IMG/VR virus record: IMGVR_UViG_3300009983_000002
Direction: 5' to 3' (one strand)
Source: a virus
Lineage: Duplodnaviria; Heunggongvirae; Uroviricota; Caudoviricetes
Length of the DNA stretch: 64,000 nucleotides
The notes beneath the pieces were generated by a model. The model was not told the origin of the DNA. It ran no database searches and saw only the letters and a list, made by a program, of their open reading frames with translations. Numbering within the stretch: the first letter of the stretch is position 1; each line of letters starts with the position of its first letter. This document shows, piece after piece, positions 18,646-28,200 of this stretch. Position numbers and translations under genes: made by a program.

Positions 18646-18813
18646 GTGTGTCTCCTTCGTTGATGCACCCTTCTACCCAACGCAGGTGGGGCAGTCAACA
18701 ACAATCGTGCTTAATGTCATAAAATAATTTCTGTTGACAGCCCCAACCAGTGTGGTAGAGTCGGGATTGGCTCGACTAAGGGCCCCGGTGACGGGCTTCA
18801 AACGCCTGTTGAT
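18646..18813. promoter_or_regulatory. divergent intergenic control region (leftward promoter for rIIA block, rightward promoter for plus-strand block)
   Basis: 168 bp non-coding between divergent gene blocks. Contains TTGACT, 25 nt, then TGCATCAACGAAGGAG leader (minus strand), CACCTGCGTTGGGT motif, and a second TTGACA (plus, 18747). Confidence 0.5.
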
Positions 18814-19113
18814 ATGCTGGGGCCCTTCAGCGGCCTCGTTAACCTTGGAAAGGGACCATCAGTGTTGAAATTCCTCGCCGCCATCGGCGCAATCGTCTTA
18901 GGTGCGTTGGGTGTTGCCGCCCTCGTTGTCCTCGGCGTGCTGCTCGGCATCATCGGCGGCGTGATCGCCGCCTCGATCTTCGCCTTCTTCTTCCCCGCGA
19001 CCGTGGCCGCGCTTCTCAGCGTGACCCCGTTCACCGCCGCGTATCAACTCGGCGCCGCACTGGGCTTCGTCGGCGGCTTCTTCAAGGCCACGCTGACGAC
19101 GAAGAAAGACTAA
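18814..19113 (+). CDS. small membrane protein
   Basis: 99 aa, almost entirely hydrophobic (Gly/Ala/Val/Leu-rich helices). First gene of plus-strand block. Confidence 0.5.
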   Translation: MLGPFSGLVNLGKGPSVLKFLAAIGAIVLGALGVAALVVLGVLLGIIGGVIAASIFAFFFPATVAALLSVTPFTAAYQLGAALGFVGGFFKATLTTKKD

Positions 19114-19116
19114 GCG

Positions 19117-19437
19117 ATGACGCCCTGGGGCGTCTTCCGCTATAAGAAACGCATCGCCATCGTCGCCTTCAAGGACGACGATGGCGCTGTCGTTGCCTGT
19201 AGAGCCTTGGGGACCAGAGAGTCCACCTTCGAAGACGGCCTGGGCTATATCGAACGTCAGTATGGGACGCGGCCAATCGTTGGCAAGGACATGAAGTCCG
19301 AGTGCGTCACCGAAGAAGATTGCTATGCCTACCTCGAAGCGCACCCAAGGCACGGACCCAAAAAATCGCCCCGAGTGGATGAATCGGACTTGCATTTGCC
19401 GGGACACTCCGGTAAAGAGGGCGATGACGTTCCATGA
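19117..19437 (+). CDS. hypothetical protein
   Basis: 106 aa; ATG 3 nt after previous stop. Good GC3 bias in first two thirds. Confidence 0.45.
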   Translation: MTPWGVFRYKKRIAIVAFKDDDGAVVACRALGTRESTFEDGLGYIERQYGTRPIVGKDMKSECVTEEDCYAYLEAHPRHGPKKSPRVDESDLHLPGHSGKEGDDVP

Positions 19438-19505
19438 CAAGAATGGTCAGTTAGTTTATTGGGCACACATGGACTGCCCAGAACACGGAGTGAAGGAGAT
19501 TCCGA

Positions 19506-19736
19506 ATGAGCGTGACGACACTGAACACAACGAGCCCGGCGGACCTCGTGAGAGCGAAGGTCAAGGAAGCCCTCGCCTTCTTCCAGGGCCAAGCAAACAC
19601 GAATGAGCTTTACGCGAGCACGCTCGCCGACGCTCCTTTCGATGACCTCCCACGTTCCGGCATCTACGCCGATGGTGCCCGCGTTGGCCGCGATGAAGTT
19701 GTCGCTGCTGTCTTAGCTGCGTTGGGTGCCGAGTGA
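19506..19736 (+). CDS. hypothetical protein
   Basis: 76 aa; strong SD GAAGGAG 7 nt upstream. Confidence 0.5.
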   Translation: MSVTTLNTTSPADLVRAKVKEALAFFQGQANTNELYASTLADAPFDDLPRSGIYADGARVGRDEVVAAVLAALGAE

Positions 19737-20359
19737 TCTACGCGACTTCGATGCCGCTCCGGCGGCGCCGGGCTCGACGCAAACCCTCACGGCCACGCGA
19801 TAGCCAGAAGCGTAAGGTTTACGCTGCGGAGAGCGTGCTGAAGGGGAAGATGCCGCTGGCCGACATCGACGCTGCGGCCAAACTCGTCGGCAAGCTCTTG
19901 AACGCTGCGGTCTTCAAGCATCGCTACGATCTCCGGCTTGAACACTCTCCGGTTCACGTTGGCTTGACGCGCCGCGATAGCGGCCACTCCTGGGGCTCGG
20001 TGAAGGGCATCAGGCTGCATCCCGAATGGGGCCTAGACGGCTACATCGTCTGCCACGAGATGGCGCACGTCGTGGCCCTCCGCATCTACGGGCGCGAGAA
20101 CATCGCAGCCCACGGGTGGCAGTGGGCCGAAATCTATCTGATCCTCGTCCTCGCGGGGATGGGTCGCGCCGCCCACGACGAATTGAAGGCGAGCTTCAAG
20201 GCCGCAGGCATCCGGTTTACCAAACCCCGGCAGGGCCGCGTGCTCACCCAGGATCAGCGGAAAGCGCTGGCCGAAAGGCTCGAAGCGGCACGGAAGATGC
20301 GTATTGTCGGCAGCGGAGAAAACCGCTTGACAGGCGCTACGGCTATGGTAGAGTCCTGA
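19733..20359 (+). CDS. putative zinc metallopeptidase (HExxH)
   Basis: 208 aa; YIVCHEMAHVVAL HExxH motif. Basic N-terminus. Exact start (GTG 19733 or ATG 19751) uncertain. Confidence 0.45.
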   Translation: MIYATSMPLRRRRARRKPSRPRDSQKRKVYAAESVLKGKMPLADIDAAAKLVGKLLNAAVFKHRYDLRLEHSPVHVGLTRRDSGHSWGSVKGIRLHPEWGLDGYIVCHEMAHVVALRIYGRENIAAHGWQWAEIYLILVLAGMGRAAHDELKASFKAAGIRFTKPRQGRVLTQDQRKALAERLEAARKMRIVGSGENRLTGATAMVES

Positions 20360-20376
20360 CATCGAAAGGAGACAAC

Positions 20377-20688
20377 ATGAACACCCGTCAAAAGAACATT
20401 CGCGATCTCATTAACTCTGCGAGAGGCCGCTTCGCCTCCGTCGAGTTCGTGAAGAAGGATGGCACTGTGCGCGTTCTGCAAGTCCAACCGGCTGCCGCGA
20501 AGTTTCACGTCAAGGGCGACAAGGCCAGCGCCGCCGCCCAGCAGGCGACGAAGACCCGCAAGGAAAACAATCCTAACCATCTAGCGGTTTGGGATGTCGT
20601 CGATCAGTGCTTCAAGACCGTCGATCTCGACACCGTTTTCGCGGTGACGGTTGACAAGACGCGCTATTCGGTGTCTGCTCGGGGCTGA
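20377..20688 (+). CDS. hypothetical protein
   Basis: 103 aa; real start is ATG inside track ORF 20026..20688, preceded by CATCGAAAGGAGACAAC (strong SD). Confidence 0.55.
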   Translation: MNTRQKNIRDLINSARGRFASVEFVKKDGTVRVLQVQPAAAKFHVKGDKASAAAQQATKTRKENNPNHLAVWDVVDQCFKTVDLDTVFAVTVDKTRYSVSARG

Positions 20689-20698
20689 CCCATGAGAC

Positions 20699-21118
20699 AT
20701 GACTACGCCCACCGCCTTCCAGATGATGATCGCTGAACGCATTCTCAGCGAGCCCTTTCCGCGTCCCGGGCAGGATATGTCCAACTCGGAGAAGTGGGCT
20801 TTCGTTCACGCCGTCCTCGACGACAGTGACGACGAAGATTTGGACCCGGAGACCCCGTGGACCCCAACGCTCAACATCTTCGAAGGGCTCGACTGGCAGG
20901 CGGTCTACGACGAGTGGACGGACGAAGACCTCTTCGCCGCCGTCCTCTTCGCCGACCTCCTGAACGATGTCTACTTCGCGATCTTCACGCAAGGCGATGG
21001 AAGCGAGGCCGATCACCTGAACTATCAGACGAGCTTCGTCTGGTGGAAGAAGCTGAAGGACAAGCACGACTCTGATCAGGGCCACGGCCCGTTCAATCAC
21101 AAGGGATGGCTACATTGA
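20699..21118 (+). CDS. hypothetical acidic protein
   Basis: 139 aa, excellent GC3 bias, Asp/Glu-rich. Confidence 0.5.
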   Translation: MTTPTAFQMMIAERILSEPFPRPGQDMSNSEKWAFVHAVLDDSDDEDLDPETPWTPTLNIFEGLDWQAVYDEWTDEDLFAAVLFADLLNDVYFAIFTQGDGSEADHLNYQTSFVWWKKLKDKHDSDQGHGPFNHKGWLH

Positions 21119-21744
21119 AAACGAAGAGAGCGAAAATCCTCGACGACACGCAGTTTCGCGAAATCCTGGGCCGCTTGGGCGAAGCCCAGCATCCAGAACG
21201 CGACCGCGTTATCTTCATCCTCTCCTTCAAGGCCGGGCTGCGCTCGCAAGAAATTGCGGGGCTCGACTGGGAAGACGTGACGGACGCCAAGGGCAACATC
21301 GGGGCCCCGGCCCCTGGCTACGACTCCCGTGGCCGCCAAGTCAACGTGCCGTCGCTCTTCATCCCCGGCGACATCGCGAAGAAAGGCCGTGAGCGCTCCG
21401 TGGCGCTTCACCCAGACCTGATCAAGGCCCTGCGGGCCCTCCAGGCCGTCAGCGAAAAGACGGGCCCCAAGGACCCTGTAATCACGGGAGAGGCGGGGCA
21501 GCGCCTGACCCCTAACTACCTCGCCCAGTTCTTCCTCCGGCGCTTCCGCAAGTTCGGGATGCAGGGCGCTTCCTCTCACTCTGGCCGCCGCACGTTCATC
21601 ACCAAGGCCGCCCAGATGTCGCGTGAAAGCGAAGGCGTCAGCCTCCGCGACGTGCAGCAATGGGCGGGGCACGCCTTCCTCTCGACGACAGAGGCCTACA
21701 TCGAGCCCAGCCCCAGCGCTCACGCCCTGATCTCGCGGCTATAA
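21106..21744 (+). CDS. tyrosine recombinase, catalytic domain only (short integrase-like)
   Basis: 212 aa; R in ILSFKAGLRSQE, HSGRRTFIT (H-x-x-R), GHAFLSTTEAYIE (His...Tyr nucleophile). This is the R..H-R-H..Y pentad order of phage integrase/XerD. No N-terminal core-binding domain. Confidence 0.65.
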   Translation: MATLKTKRAKILDDTQFREILGRLGEAQHPERDRVIFILSFKAGLRSQEIAGLDWEDVTDAKGNIGAPAPGYDSRGRQVNVPSLFIPGDIAKKGRERSVALHPDLIKALRALQAVSEKTGPKDPVITGEAGQRLTPNYLAQFFLRRFRKFGMQGASSHSGRRTFITKAAQMSRESEGVSLRDVQQWAGHAFLSTTEAYIEPSPSAHALISRL

Positions 21745-21755
21745 AAGAGCCGCTT

Positions 21756-21784
21756 GACAACGGAACGGCAGCGGGGTATGGTCG
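21756..21784 (+). promoter_or_regulatory. sigma70-like promoter candidate upstream of HAD/RNA-repair genes
   Basis: TTGACA - 17 nt - TATGGT, about 25 nt upstream of SD AAGGGGGAGG and ATG 21810. Confidence 0.4.
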
Positions 21785-21809
21785 GTTCCATAGAAAGGGG
21801 GAGGCGATC

Positions 21810-22247
21810 ATGAAAACTGCGATCTTCGACATCGACGGCACGATTGCCGACCTCACGCATCGTCGCCAATACATCGCGACGAAGCCCAAGAATTACGCGG
21901 CCTTCCACAAGGGCGTGACCAACGATCTCCCGATCTGGCCGGTCATCAACGTCCTGTTGGCGATGAAGGCCGCTGGTTACAAGATCGTCCTCTGCTCTGG
22001 CCGCGATGGCGACTTCCGGCAGCGCACGGTCGATTGGCTGGCGCGTTTCGGCGTCCCCTATGACGCCCTCTACATGCGGGCCGGTAAGGACTACCGCGCC
22101 GACGACATCATCAAAGAGGAATTGCTTGACCAAATCCTCGCCGATGGCTACAAGCCCGAAATCGTCTTCGACGACCGGGACCGCGTCGTCGCCATGTGGC
22201 GCCGCCGGGGGCTGAAATGTGCTCAAGTCGAACCAGGAGATTTTTGA
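21810..22247 (+). CDS. HAD-superfamily phosphatase (polynucleotide 3'-phosphatase-like)
   Basis: Start at ATG inside track ORF 21660..22247 (SD AAGGGGGAGG). N-terminal FDIDGTIAD is the HAD motif I (DxDGT). 145 aa. Confidence 0.6.
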   Translation: MKTAIFDIDGTIADLTHRRQYIATKPKNYAAFHKGVTNDLPIWPVINVLLAMKAAGYKIVLCSGRDGDFRQRTVDWLARFGVPYDALYMRAGKDYRADDIIKEELLDQILADGYKPEIVFDDRDRVVAMWRRRGLKCAQVEPGDF

Positions 22248-22483
22248 TGCGGAGAAACTTCTACTTCAACTTCTCCAGGTTCGGCCAAGCCGTCGCCGCT
22301 GGCGCCGGGGCCGTGTTCCTCTACGCGCTCGCCAACTGGCTCTATCTCGCATCGCCGACGTGCAGCGACCCCAATGAGGGCAACTTCCTCATGGCCTTGG
22401 CCTGGGGTGTCGGCGGCGCTCATGCCTGGGCCGCCTACTCGACGCTGGTGCTCGTAGGCCGCTCCTTCTCGCGGGAGCACTGA
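22247..22483 (+). CDS. small membrane protein
   Basis: 78 aa; ATG with SD AGGAG, overlaps previous stop. Two hydrophobic helices. Confidence 0.4.
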   Translation: MRRNFYFNFSRFGQAVAAGAGAVFLYALANWLYLASPTCSDPNEGNFLMALAWGVGGAHAWAAYSTLVLVGRSFSREH

Positions 22484-22569
22484 TGAAGCGTGAAGCCGCT
22501 CTCGTCCTCGCTTTCATTTTCTGCCTTTACGGGCTGCCGATTCTCGTCTATGGGCTGGGCCTGAAATGA
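22483..22569 (+). CDS. tiny hydrophobic peptide (28 aa)
   Basis: MKREAALVLAFIFCLYGLPILVYGLGLK. Translationally coupled at both ends (TGATG upstream, ATGA downstream). Confidence 0.3.
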   Translation: MKREAALVLAFIFCLYGLPILVYGLGLK

Positions 22570-23804
22570 CGCTCCACTATCCATTCCCGCAAATCACCCA
22601 TATCGACCAAGTCCGCAAGGCGATCTTCAATCGCCCGGAATACATCGTGGTCGAGAAGGAAGGCGGCTACACCGTCGTCAATTACGTCTACAGCGGCGAA
22701 GACACGTTCCCGCCTGTGATCGACCGCGAGGTCTCGCAGACCGACTATCTGACTGGGCTCCGCGACGCCACGGACGCCGCGATCTTGCGCGAGTGCCGGG
22801 GCTTGATCTTCTGCTCCGAGACCGGCGTCGTGATCTCGCGGCGCTTCCACAAATTTTTCAATGCCGGTGAGCGTGCTGACGTGGTCCCCGAGGCTATGAT
22901 CGGAGCCGAATACGACGTGCTGGAAAAGCTCGACGGCTCGATGATCACACCAATCCCTCTCAAGGGCGGCTTCTGGCGCTGGGGCACGAAGATGGGCGTC
23001 ACCGACGTTGCCCTGCCCGTCGAAGAATTCGTGCTCGACAACAGCCAGTATGTCGAACTCGCCGACTATTGCAAACAAACAGACTGGACGCCGATCTTCG
23101 AGTGGTGCTCGCCGCTCAACCGCATCGTGCTTCAACACACGACGCACAATTTGATCCTAACCGCCATCCGCCACAACGTCACTGGCGAATATATGTCCTA
23201 TGCGCGCATGTCGGCGCTCGCTGGACGGTTCGACATCCCGGTTGTGCGCCGCGTGAACGCTGACATCTTGGCGAACTATCGCGAAAGCGAAGGGGTCGAA
23301 GGCTACGTCTTGCGTTTCGCCAACGGCCACATGATGAAATTCAAGACCGAGTGGTATGTTCGTCTGCACAAGACGAAGGACAAGATCGCTCGCGAAGTCG
23401 ATGTCGCTCAACTCGTGTTCGACGATCAGGCGGACGACTTGCTGCCGCTGCTCGACGAAGACGACAAGGCGCGTTTGATCGAATATCGTGCTGCCTTCTG
23501 GCGGCGCTTCGAAGACGTGAAGAACGGCATCAGCCTCATGCTCGACCAGTGGCGTGGCGAAGGCGACCGCCGCAACTTCGCGATCCACACGGACCCTTGC
23601 GCCTCACAACCGCGTCGCGATCTCACCTATCCGTCGCCGTGGGCTCGCACCATCATGTTCACGGCATGGGACGGCAAAGTTCCTGTTGACACCGCAGTGA
23701 GGATTGCGGTATCGAAGGGGCTTGTGAACAACCGCAAGTTCGCGGAACTCAAAGAAGGCCTGTTGCAGGGCCTGCGCTGGAAGGAAGCCTGGGAAGTTGA
23801 GTAA
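22566..23804 (+). CDS. ATP-dependent polynucleotide ligase, RNA ligase 1-like
   Basis: 412 aa; nucleotidyltransferase motif I VLEKLDGSM (KxDG). Flanked by phosphatase and kinase genes as in RNA-repair cassettes. Confidence 0.5.
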   Translation: MTLHYPFPQITHIDQVRKAIFNRPEYIVVEKEGGYTVVNYVYSGEDTFPPVIDREVSQTDYLTGLRDATDAAILRECRGLIFCSETGVVISRRFHKFFNAGERADVVPEAMIGAEYDVLEKLDGSMITPIPLKGGFWRWGTKMGVTDVALPVEEFVLDNSQYVELADYCKQTDWTPIFEWCSPLNRIVLQHTTHNLILTAIRHNVTGEYMSYARMSALAGRFDIPVVRRVNADILANYRESEGVEGYVLRFANGHMMKFKTEWYVRLHKTKDKIAREVDVAQLVFDDQADDLLPLLDEDDKARLIEYRAAFWRRFEDVKNGISLMLDQWRGEGDRRNFAIHTDPCASQPRRDLTYPSPWARTIMFTAWDGKVPVDTAVRIAVSKGLVNNRKFAELKEGLLQGLRWKEAWEVE

Positions 23805-24300
23805 GCCGATTCTTCTTGTCCTCGTGGGCTTGCCGTATTCCGGCAAGTCAACCTACCGCGCCAAGGCCTTGAAGAGCCTCGTGCTCGCGGGACCGACTAT
23901 CGTCCTCTCCAGCGACGACAAGATCGACGAAGTCGCTGCGGCGCTGGGCAAGCGCTACGACGAAGTATGGTCGGAGGCCAAGGACGCCGCCGACGCCTAC
24001 GTCAAAGAGAATTTCCGCAACGCCGTAGAGGCCGGGCTCAACATCATCTGGGATCAGACGAACCTCGGGCTCAAGAAGCGCCGCTCGATCTTGGCGCAGG
24101 CTCCGGGCTACACGAAGATGGCCGTCTACTTCGATCTCGACGAAGAGACGGAAGACGCCCGCCGTGCGGCGCGTCCCGAACGCTTCATCCCCAAATCAGT
24201 CACCGCTCAAATGCGTGCTTCCTACGTTGTGCCGACGCTGGAAGAAGGGTTCGACTACGTCGGACCCAGCACCGACACGGCTTTCCCGGAGACCGCATGA
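23797..24300 (+). CDS. P-loop polynucleotide kinase (Pnk kinase-domain-like)
   Basis: 167 aa; Walker A VGLPYSGKST at N-terminus. Size and position fit a 5'-OH polynucleotide kinase domain. Confidence 0.5.
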   Translation: MSKPILLVLVGLPYSGKSTYRAKALKSLVLAGPTIVLSSDDKIDEVAAALGKRYDEVWSEAKDAADAYVKENFRNAVEAGLNIIWDQTNLGLKKRRSILAQAPGYTKMAVYFDLDEETEDARRAARPERFIPKSVTAQMRASYVVPTLEEGFDYVGPSTDTAFPETA

Positions 24301-24755
24301 CCACAATCGCTTATGACGGCCACGAGATGACCGGCGACCGCCGCGTCACCGAAGGCGGCGTGATCTTGGGCTCGATGACGAAGGTCTTCAAAATCCAAGC
24401 GGAGTTTGAAGGCGAAGGCCCTTGGTTCCTCGTGGGGATCGTCGGCAATTCCTCCTACATGGGGGCCATGCTCAACTACGTTCGCTCGCACTTCCGCCCC
24501 GGCGACAAGCCGAAGATCGCTGAAGGCGAGCCCGATGTCGAAGCCCTTGTCGTCTACGAAGATGGCCGCGTGGCCTACTTCGAGGCCCCGGACTACAATC
24601 CCCAGTTCATCGACGCGGGCTTTCACGCCCTGGGCTCTGGGGCGAAGTTCGCGAAGACCGCCATGTATCTCGGGCGGCCCGCGAAGGCAGCGGTCTTGAC
24701 AGCCGCCGAATTCGATGTCTACACAGGCAAAGAAACAGACACCGTTCGTTTTTGA
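24297..24755 (+). CDS. Ntn-hydrolase, HslV/proteasome beta-like
   Basis: Start at ATGA inside track ORF 23967..24755. MTTIAYDGHEMTGDRRVTEGGVILGSMTKVFKI parallels HslV MTTIVSVRRNG...GNTVMKGNARKV, with Thr right after Met as candidate nucleophile. Confidence 0.45.
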   Translation: MTTIAYDGHEMTGDRRVTEGGVILGSMTKVFKIQAEFEGEGPWFLVGIVGNSSYMGAMLNYVRSHFRPGDKPKIAEGEPDVEALVVYEDGRVAYFEAPDYNPQFIDAGFHALGSGAKFAKTAMYLGRPAKAAVLTAAEFDVYTGKETDTVRF

Positions 24756-25099
24756 TGCCCTCCGGGGCGAAGGAGAGCCCCATGATCAACTGCACCGTCG
24801 AATTCATGTGCCAGGGGCAGCCCGCCCGTGGCCGCGTTGTCGGGCGTGAAGGTGCAGATTTATTGATTTTAATCGGCCACAAGGTCTACCGCGAACTCGT
24901 CGGGAATGTGGTGTTAACCAATCTCGTTAACCACCAAATCTTGTATACCGACTACGATCTCGTCCAGAAAGTGGGCCGCGTAGTCGAGCACGACACCGTC
25001 ACCTGCGCCATCTTCGTTGAGAATTCGCTTGACAAAAAGCGAACTCTCATTGATAAACCTCGTGTTAACTTTCTATTGAAGGGCGGCCAGCGTGCGTAG
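24752..25099 (+). CDS. hypothetical protein
   Basis: 115 aa; region has locally lower GC. Confidence 0.35.
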   Translation: MMPSGAKESPMINCTVEFMCQGQPARGRVVGREGADLLILIGHKVYRELVGNVVLTNLVNHQILYTDYDLVQKVGRVVEHDTVTCAIFVENSLDKKRTLIDKPRVNFLLKGGQRA

Positions 25100-25292
25100 G
25101 TTCGAAGTCACCCTCACCTTTAGGAAGACCAACGGCGACACCTGGAACGAAGCCTATGGCCGTGATGCCGTGAGCCTTCCAGACGCCATCCAACTCGTTA
25201 CCGGGGACCTTCCCCTCCATCAGCGTGCGTGGCTTGTCCACGTCAACGCCGTGGACCCGACTCCAATCGCCCGTCTTCAAGCCGTAGCATGA
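25092..25292 (+). CDS. hypothetical small protein
   Basis: 66 aa; coupled ATGA into next gene. Confidence 0.35.
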   Translation: MRRFEVTLTFRKTNGDTWNEAYGRDAVSLPDAIQLVTGDLPLHQRAWLVHVNAVDPTPIARLQAVA

Positions 25293-28200
25293 ACCGCCTC
25301 ACCAACGAAGAATCGTTCTTCGAAGTTTTGTCCAACGTATTCGGTGACGCCAAAGGCGACGCCGTCTTTTTCGCTGACGGCGACAACCGTCTGGAGTCGC
25401 GTGACTACGATGAAATCGTAGAGGCGCTAGGCGACGGCGCGTCCCTCACCCTCGTAACTTCCAAGATGGAAATTCTTGGGATCGCCGCCGAGAGTATCGG
25501 CGAATTCCCGACTCCTACGTTCATCGTCGGCCACGAAGAGCGCGACTTCGAATTCAACGTCTGGCTCTTCAAGACGCCGGTCGATTTTACTTTCGGCTCG
25601 AAGCTGTCGCTGGGGCTGGAAGCTGCGGCGAAGAAGCTCGACGAGAACTCGCACATTGGTTCGCAATTCCCAGTGCCTGGGGTGAATGGCTGGGACTTCA
25701 TTGGCGATGTCGGCCCGCGTTGGGATGTCGCTGAATTTCTCGATGCCGTTGGGATCGACGCCGACTCCGTCCAGTCGCAAGTCGAGAAGGTATTGTTCCC
25801 GAGCGGGAGCAATAACGCGGAATCCGACGAAAACCCGCCTGATGTTACCGTTCGGGAACAATCGAGCGCTGAAGCCACAAATGTTACCGATGGGGAACAA
25901 CTGAAGATCGGCGACGCGCTGATCTACGGTGACTTCGACGACGCCTTCTTGGCGACGAAGTTGAAACTCGGGGTCAGCGTCAAAGGCGCGAAGACGAAGC
26001 CCGGCGAGTGGCAGAACGCCGAACTCACAGTCACCGATTTGCTCCTGCTGCTCTCCGAACATGAGCAAGGGGCGAAGGACGGAAAGTGCATCCTTCAAGG
26101 CGAAGTCATCGACGGCGAGCGCAAGGCCCAAAGCGTTCGCGCGTGTCACATTCTCATGCTCGACCTCGATACCGGCGAGGACTTGCAGGACACGATCAAG
26201 AAGCTCCAGCAACTGGGGCTGGCCGCTGCCGTGTGGACTACGCACAGTCACTTGAAGCCCTCGACGAGCATTCGCAAGGATGCCGTGGTCCGGTTCATCA
26301 AGGAGAAGCGCGAGCCTAACCTGGATGACGTGAAGCGGTATCTGCTCGAAGTCAAGCGGTATCGTCCGTATATTATCGACTCGGCTGCGTTGGGTCCAGC
26401 AGAGCACACGAAAGAAGGTCTTCAGTTGGTGGTCAACCACCTGCCGATGCCAAAGTTCCGTGTGATGTTCTTTTTGTCCAAGCCTTTTGTGTTTGCCGAC
26501 TTCCTCGACAACCGCACGGCCAACGAAGCCTGGAAAGCTGCCTATGAGCGCACGTCGGACATGCTTGGCGCGTTCTACGACAAGGCTTGCACCGACCCGT
26601 CGCGTCTCATGTATACGCCGCGACACGGCGAGGGCGCGAAGGGTTACAGCATCCACTTCATCGCAGGCAAGCCCCTCGATCTCGACGCGGCCCCGGCGCC
26701 CGCCGACGCCCGGCAAGCGGCCTTCTCTGCGGCTGCTGCCCAAACCTCTGTCATCGACAAACGCGACGTAAAGTCAAGCGACTATCAAACGTCGTGGCTT
26801 CGCGGCTTCTTGGCGAAGAACAGCGACGTGTTCCAGGTCGCCGACTTCTTTGAAGCCTACGGCGAACCCCGTGGCCCACGCAATGGGGCCGGGGCTCACT
26901 ACCGCTGCCCGAACGATGACGAGCACACGAACGCAGGCGACCCCGAAGACAAAGGCTTCTACTGCGTGAACGCAGGCGAAGGCGACTATGTCGAGGGCTT
27001 CATCGCTAAGTGTATGCACGCTTCCTGCGCCGAGAAGCATCGCGGCCACATGCTCGACTTGATGGTCGTCGAACACGATCTCAGCGAAGAAGACCTGAAT
27101 CAGTTTTGCGACGAAGCGCTACGTCCCGATCAAGAACCGGCGAAGCAAGAGGCTCCTAAGCAACAGGCCCCCATCGTTCTCGAAGCTGAAGAAGGCGACG
27201 AAGACCAGACAGACAGCGATGACGACTATACGGCTTCGTCGGCCTACGACGAGCCACATATCAAGCGCGCCATGCAGACCATGAATAAAGAATGGGCTGT
27301 TGTTACGCTTGGAACAGACGTTCGTATTATGCGGGAGCCGAAGCAAGCTGGTAAAATGCCGAGCTTCCACGGTATCGAAGCCTTCCGCAATCTCTATTCA
27401 AATAAGAAAATCAACGTCCCTGTAGAGGGTGGCTACAAAGCTGTTCCAGTGACCAAGTTGTGGCTTGAATGGCCGCAGCGGCGCACGTTCTTTGATGGCG
27501 TGATCTTCGAGCCAGAAGAGCAAAATCCTGACGCCTATAATTTGTGGCGGGGATACCCCACGCAAGCTAAGCGTGGCTCTTGGTCTATGCTGCGTGAGCA
27601 CGTCTACGACAACATCTGCGCTGGCGATGAAGAGCGCTTCAACTGGTTCATGACGTGGTTGGCGCAGATCGTCCAGTTCCCGGGCCGCAAGATGGGTTCG
27701 GCGGTCGCGATCAAGGGCTTGAAGGGCACGGGCAAATCTAAGCTCTTCGAGTGGGTGAAGAAAGGCCTCGGCAATCACGCGATCAAAGTCAGCCAGAAGA
27801 AACACATTGTCGGCGACTTCAACGGCCACCACAAAGGTGTGACGTTGATGGTCTGCGAAGAAGCCTTCTGGGCTGGTGATCACGCTGCGGGCAACGCCCT
27901 GAAAGACCTGATCACCAGCGACACCATGATGTTCGAACAGAAGGGCATCGACGCGGTTCCGATCTCAAACTATGTGCGGCTGGCTTTCATCTCCAACGAA
28001 CACTGGATTGTCCCCGCCGGACTCGAAGACGAGCGTCGCTATTTTGTGATGGAGTGTAAGGACACCCGTCGCGGTGATATTCCTTTCTTCATCGCTATCG
28101 ACGAGCAAATGGAGAATGGCGGGCTTGAGGCCATGTGGTATGAGTTGTCCAACTGGGACGCTCACGAACTCTATCCCGAGAAGGGCTGGAACATTCTCCG

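Noticed and set aside
16282-18663. 793-aa plus-strand ORF
   Set aside because: Antisense of the rIIA-like gene. Typical high-GC shadow ORF.
19325-19606. 93-aa ORF containing a Cys/His-rich segment (MNRTCICRD...CPEH)
   Set aside because: Overlaps both neighbouring genes. Its flank 19506..19736 has a much better SD and GC3. It may still be a small Zn-binding protein, but it is not called.
20026-20688. 220-aa track ORF
   Set aside because: The first two thirds overlap the metallopeptidase gene out of frame and look like junk. Only the last 103 codons (from ATG 20377 with a strong SD) are taken as a gene.
25427-26743. 438-aa minus-strand ORF
   Set aside because: Antisense of the primase/helicase gene.
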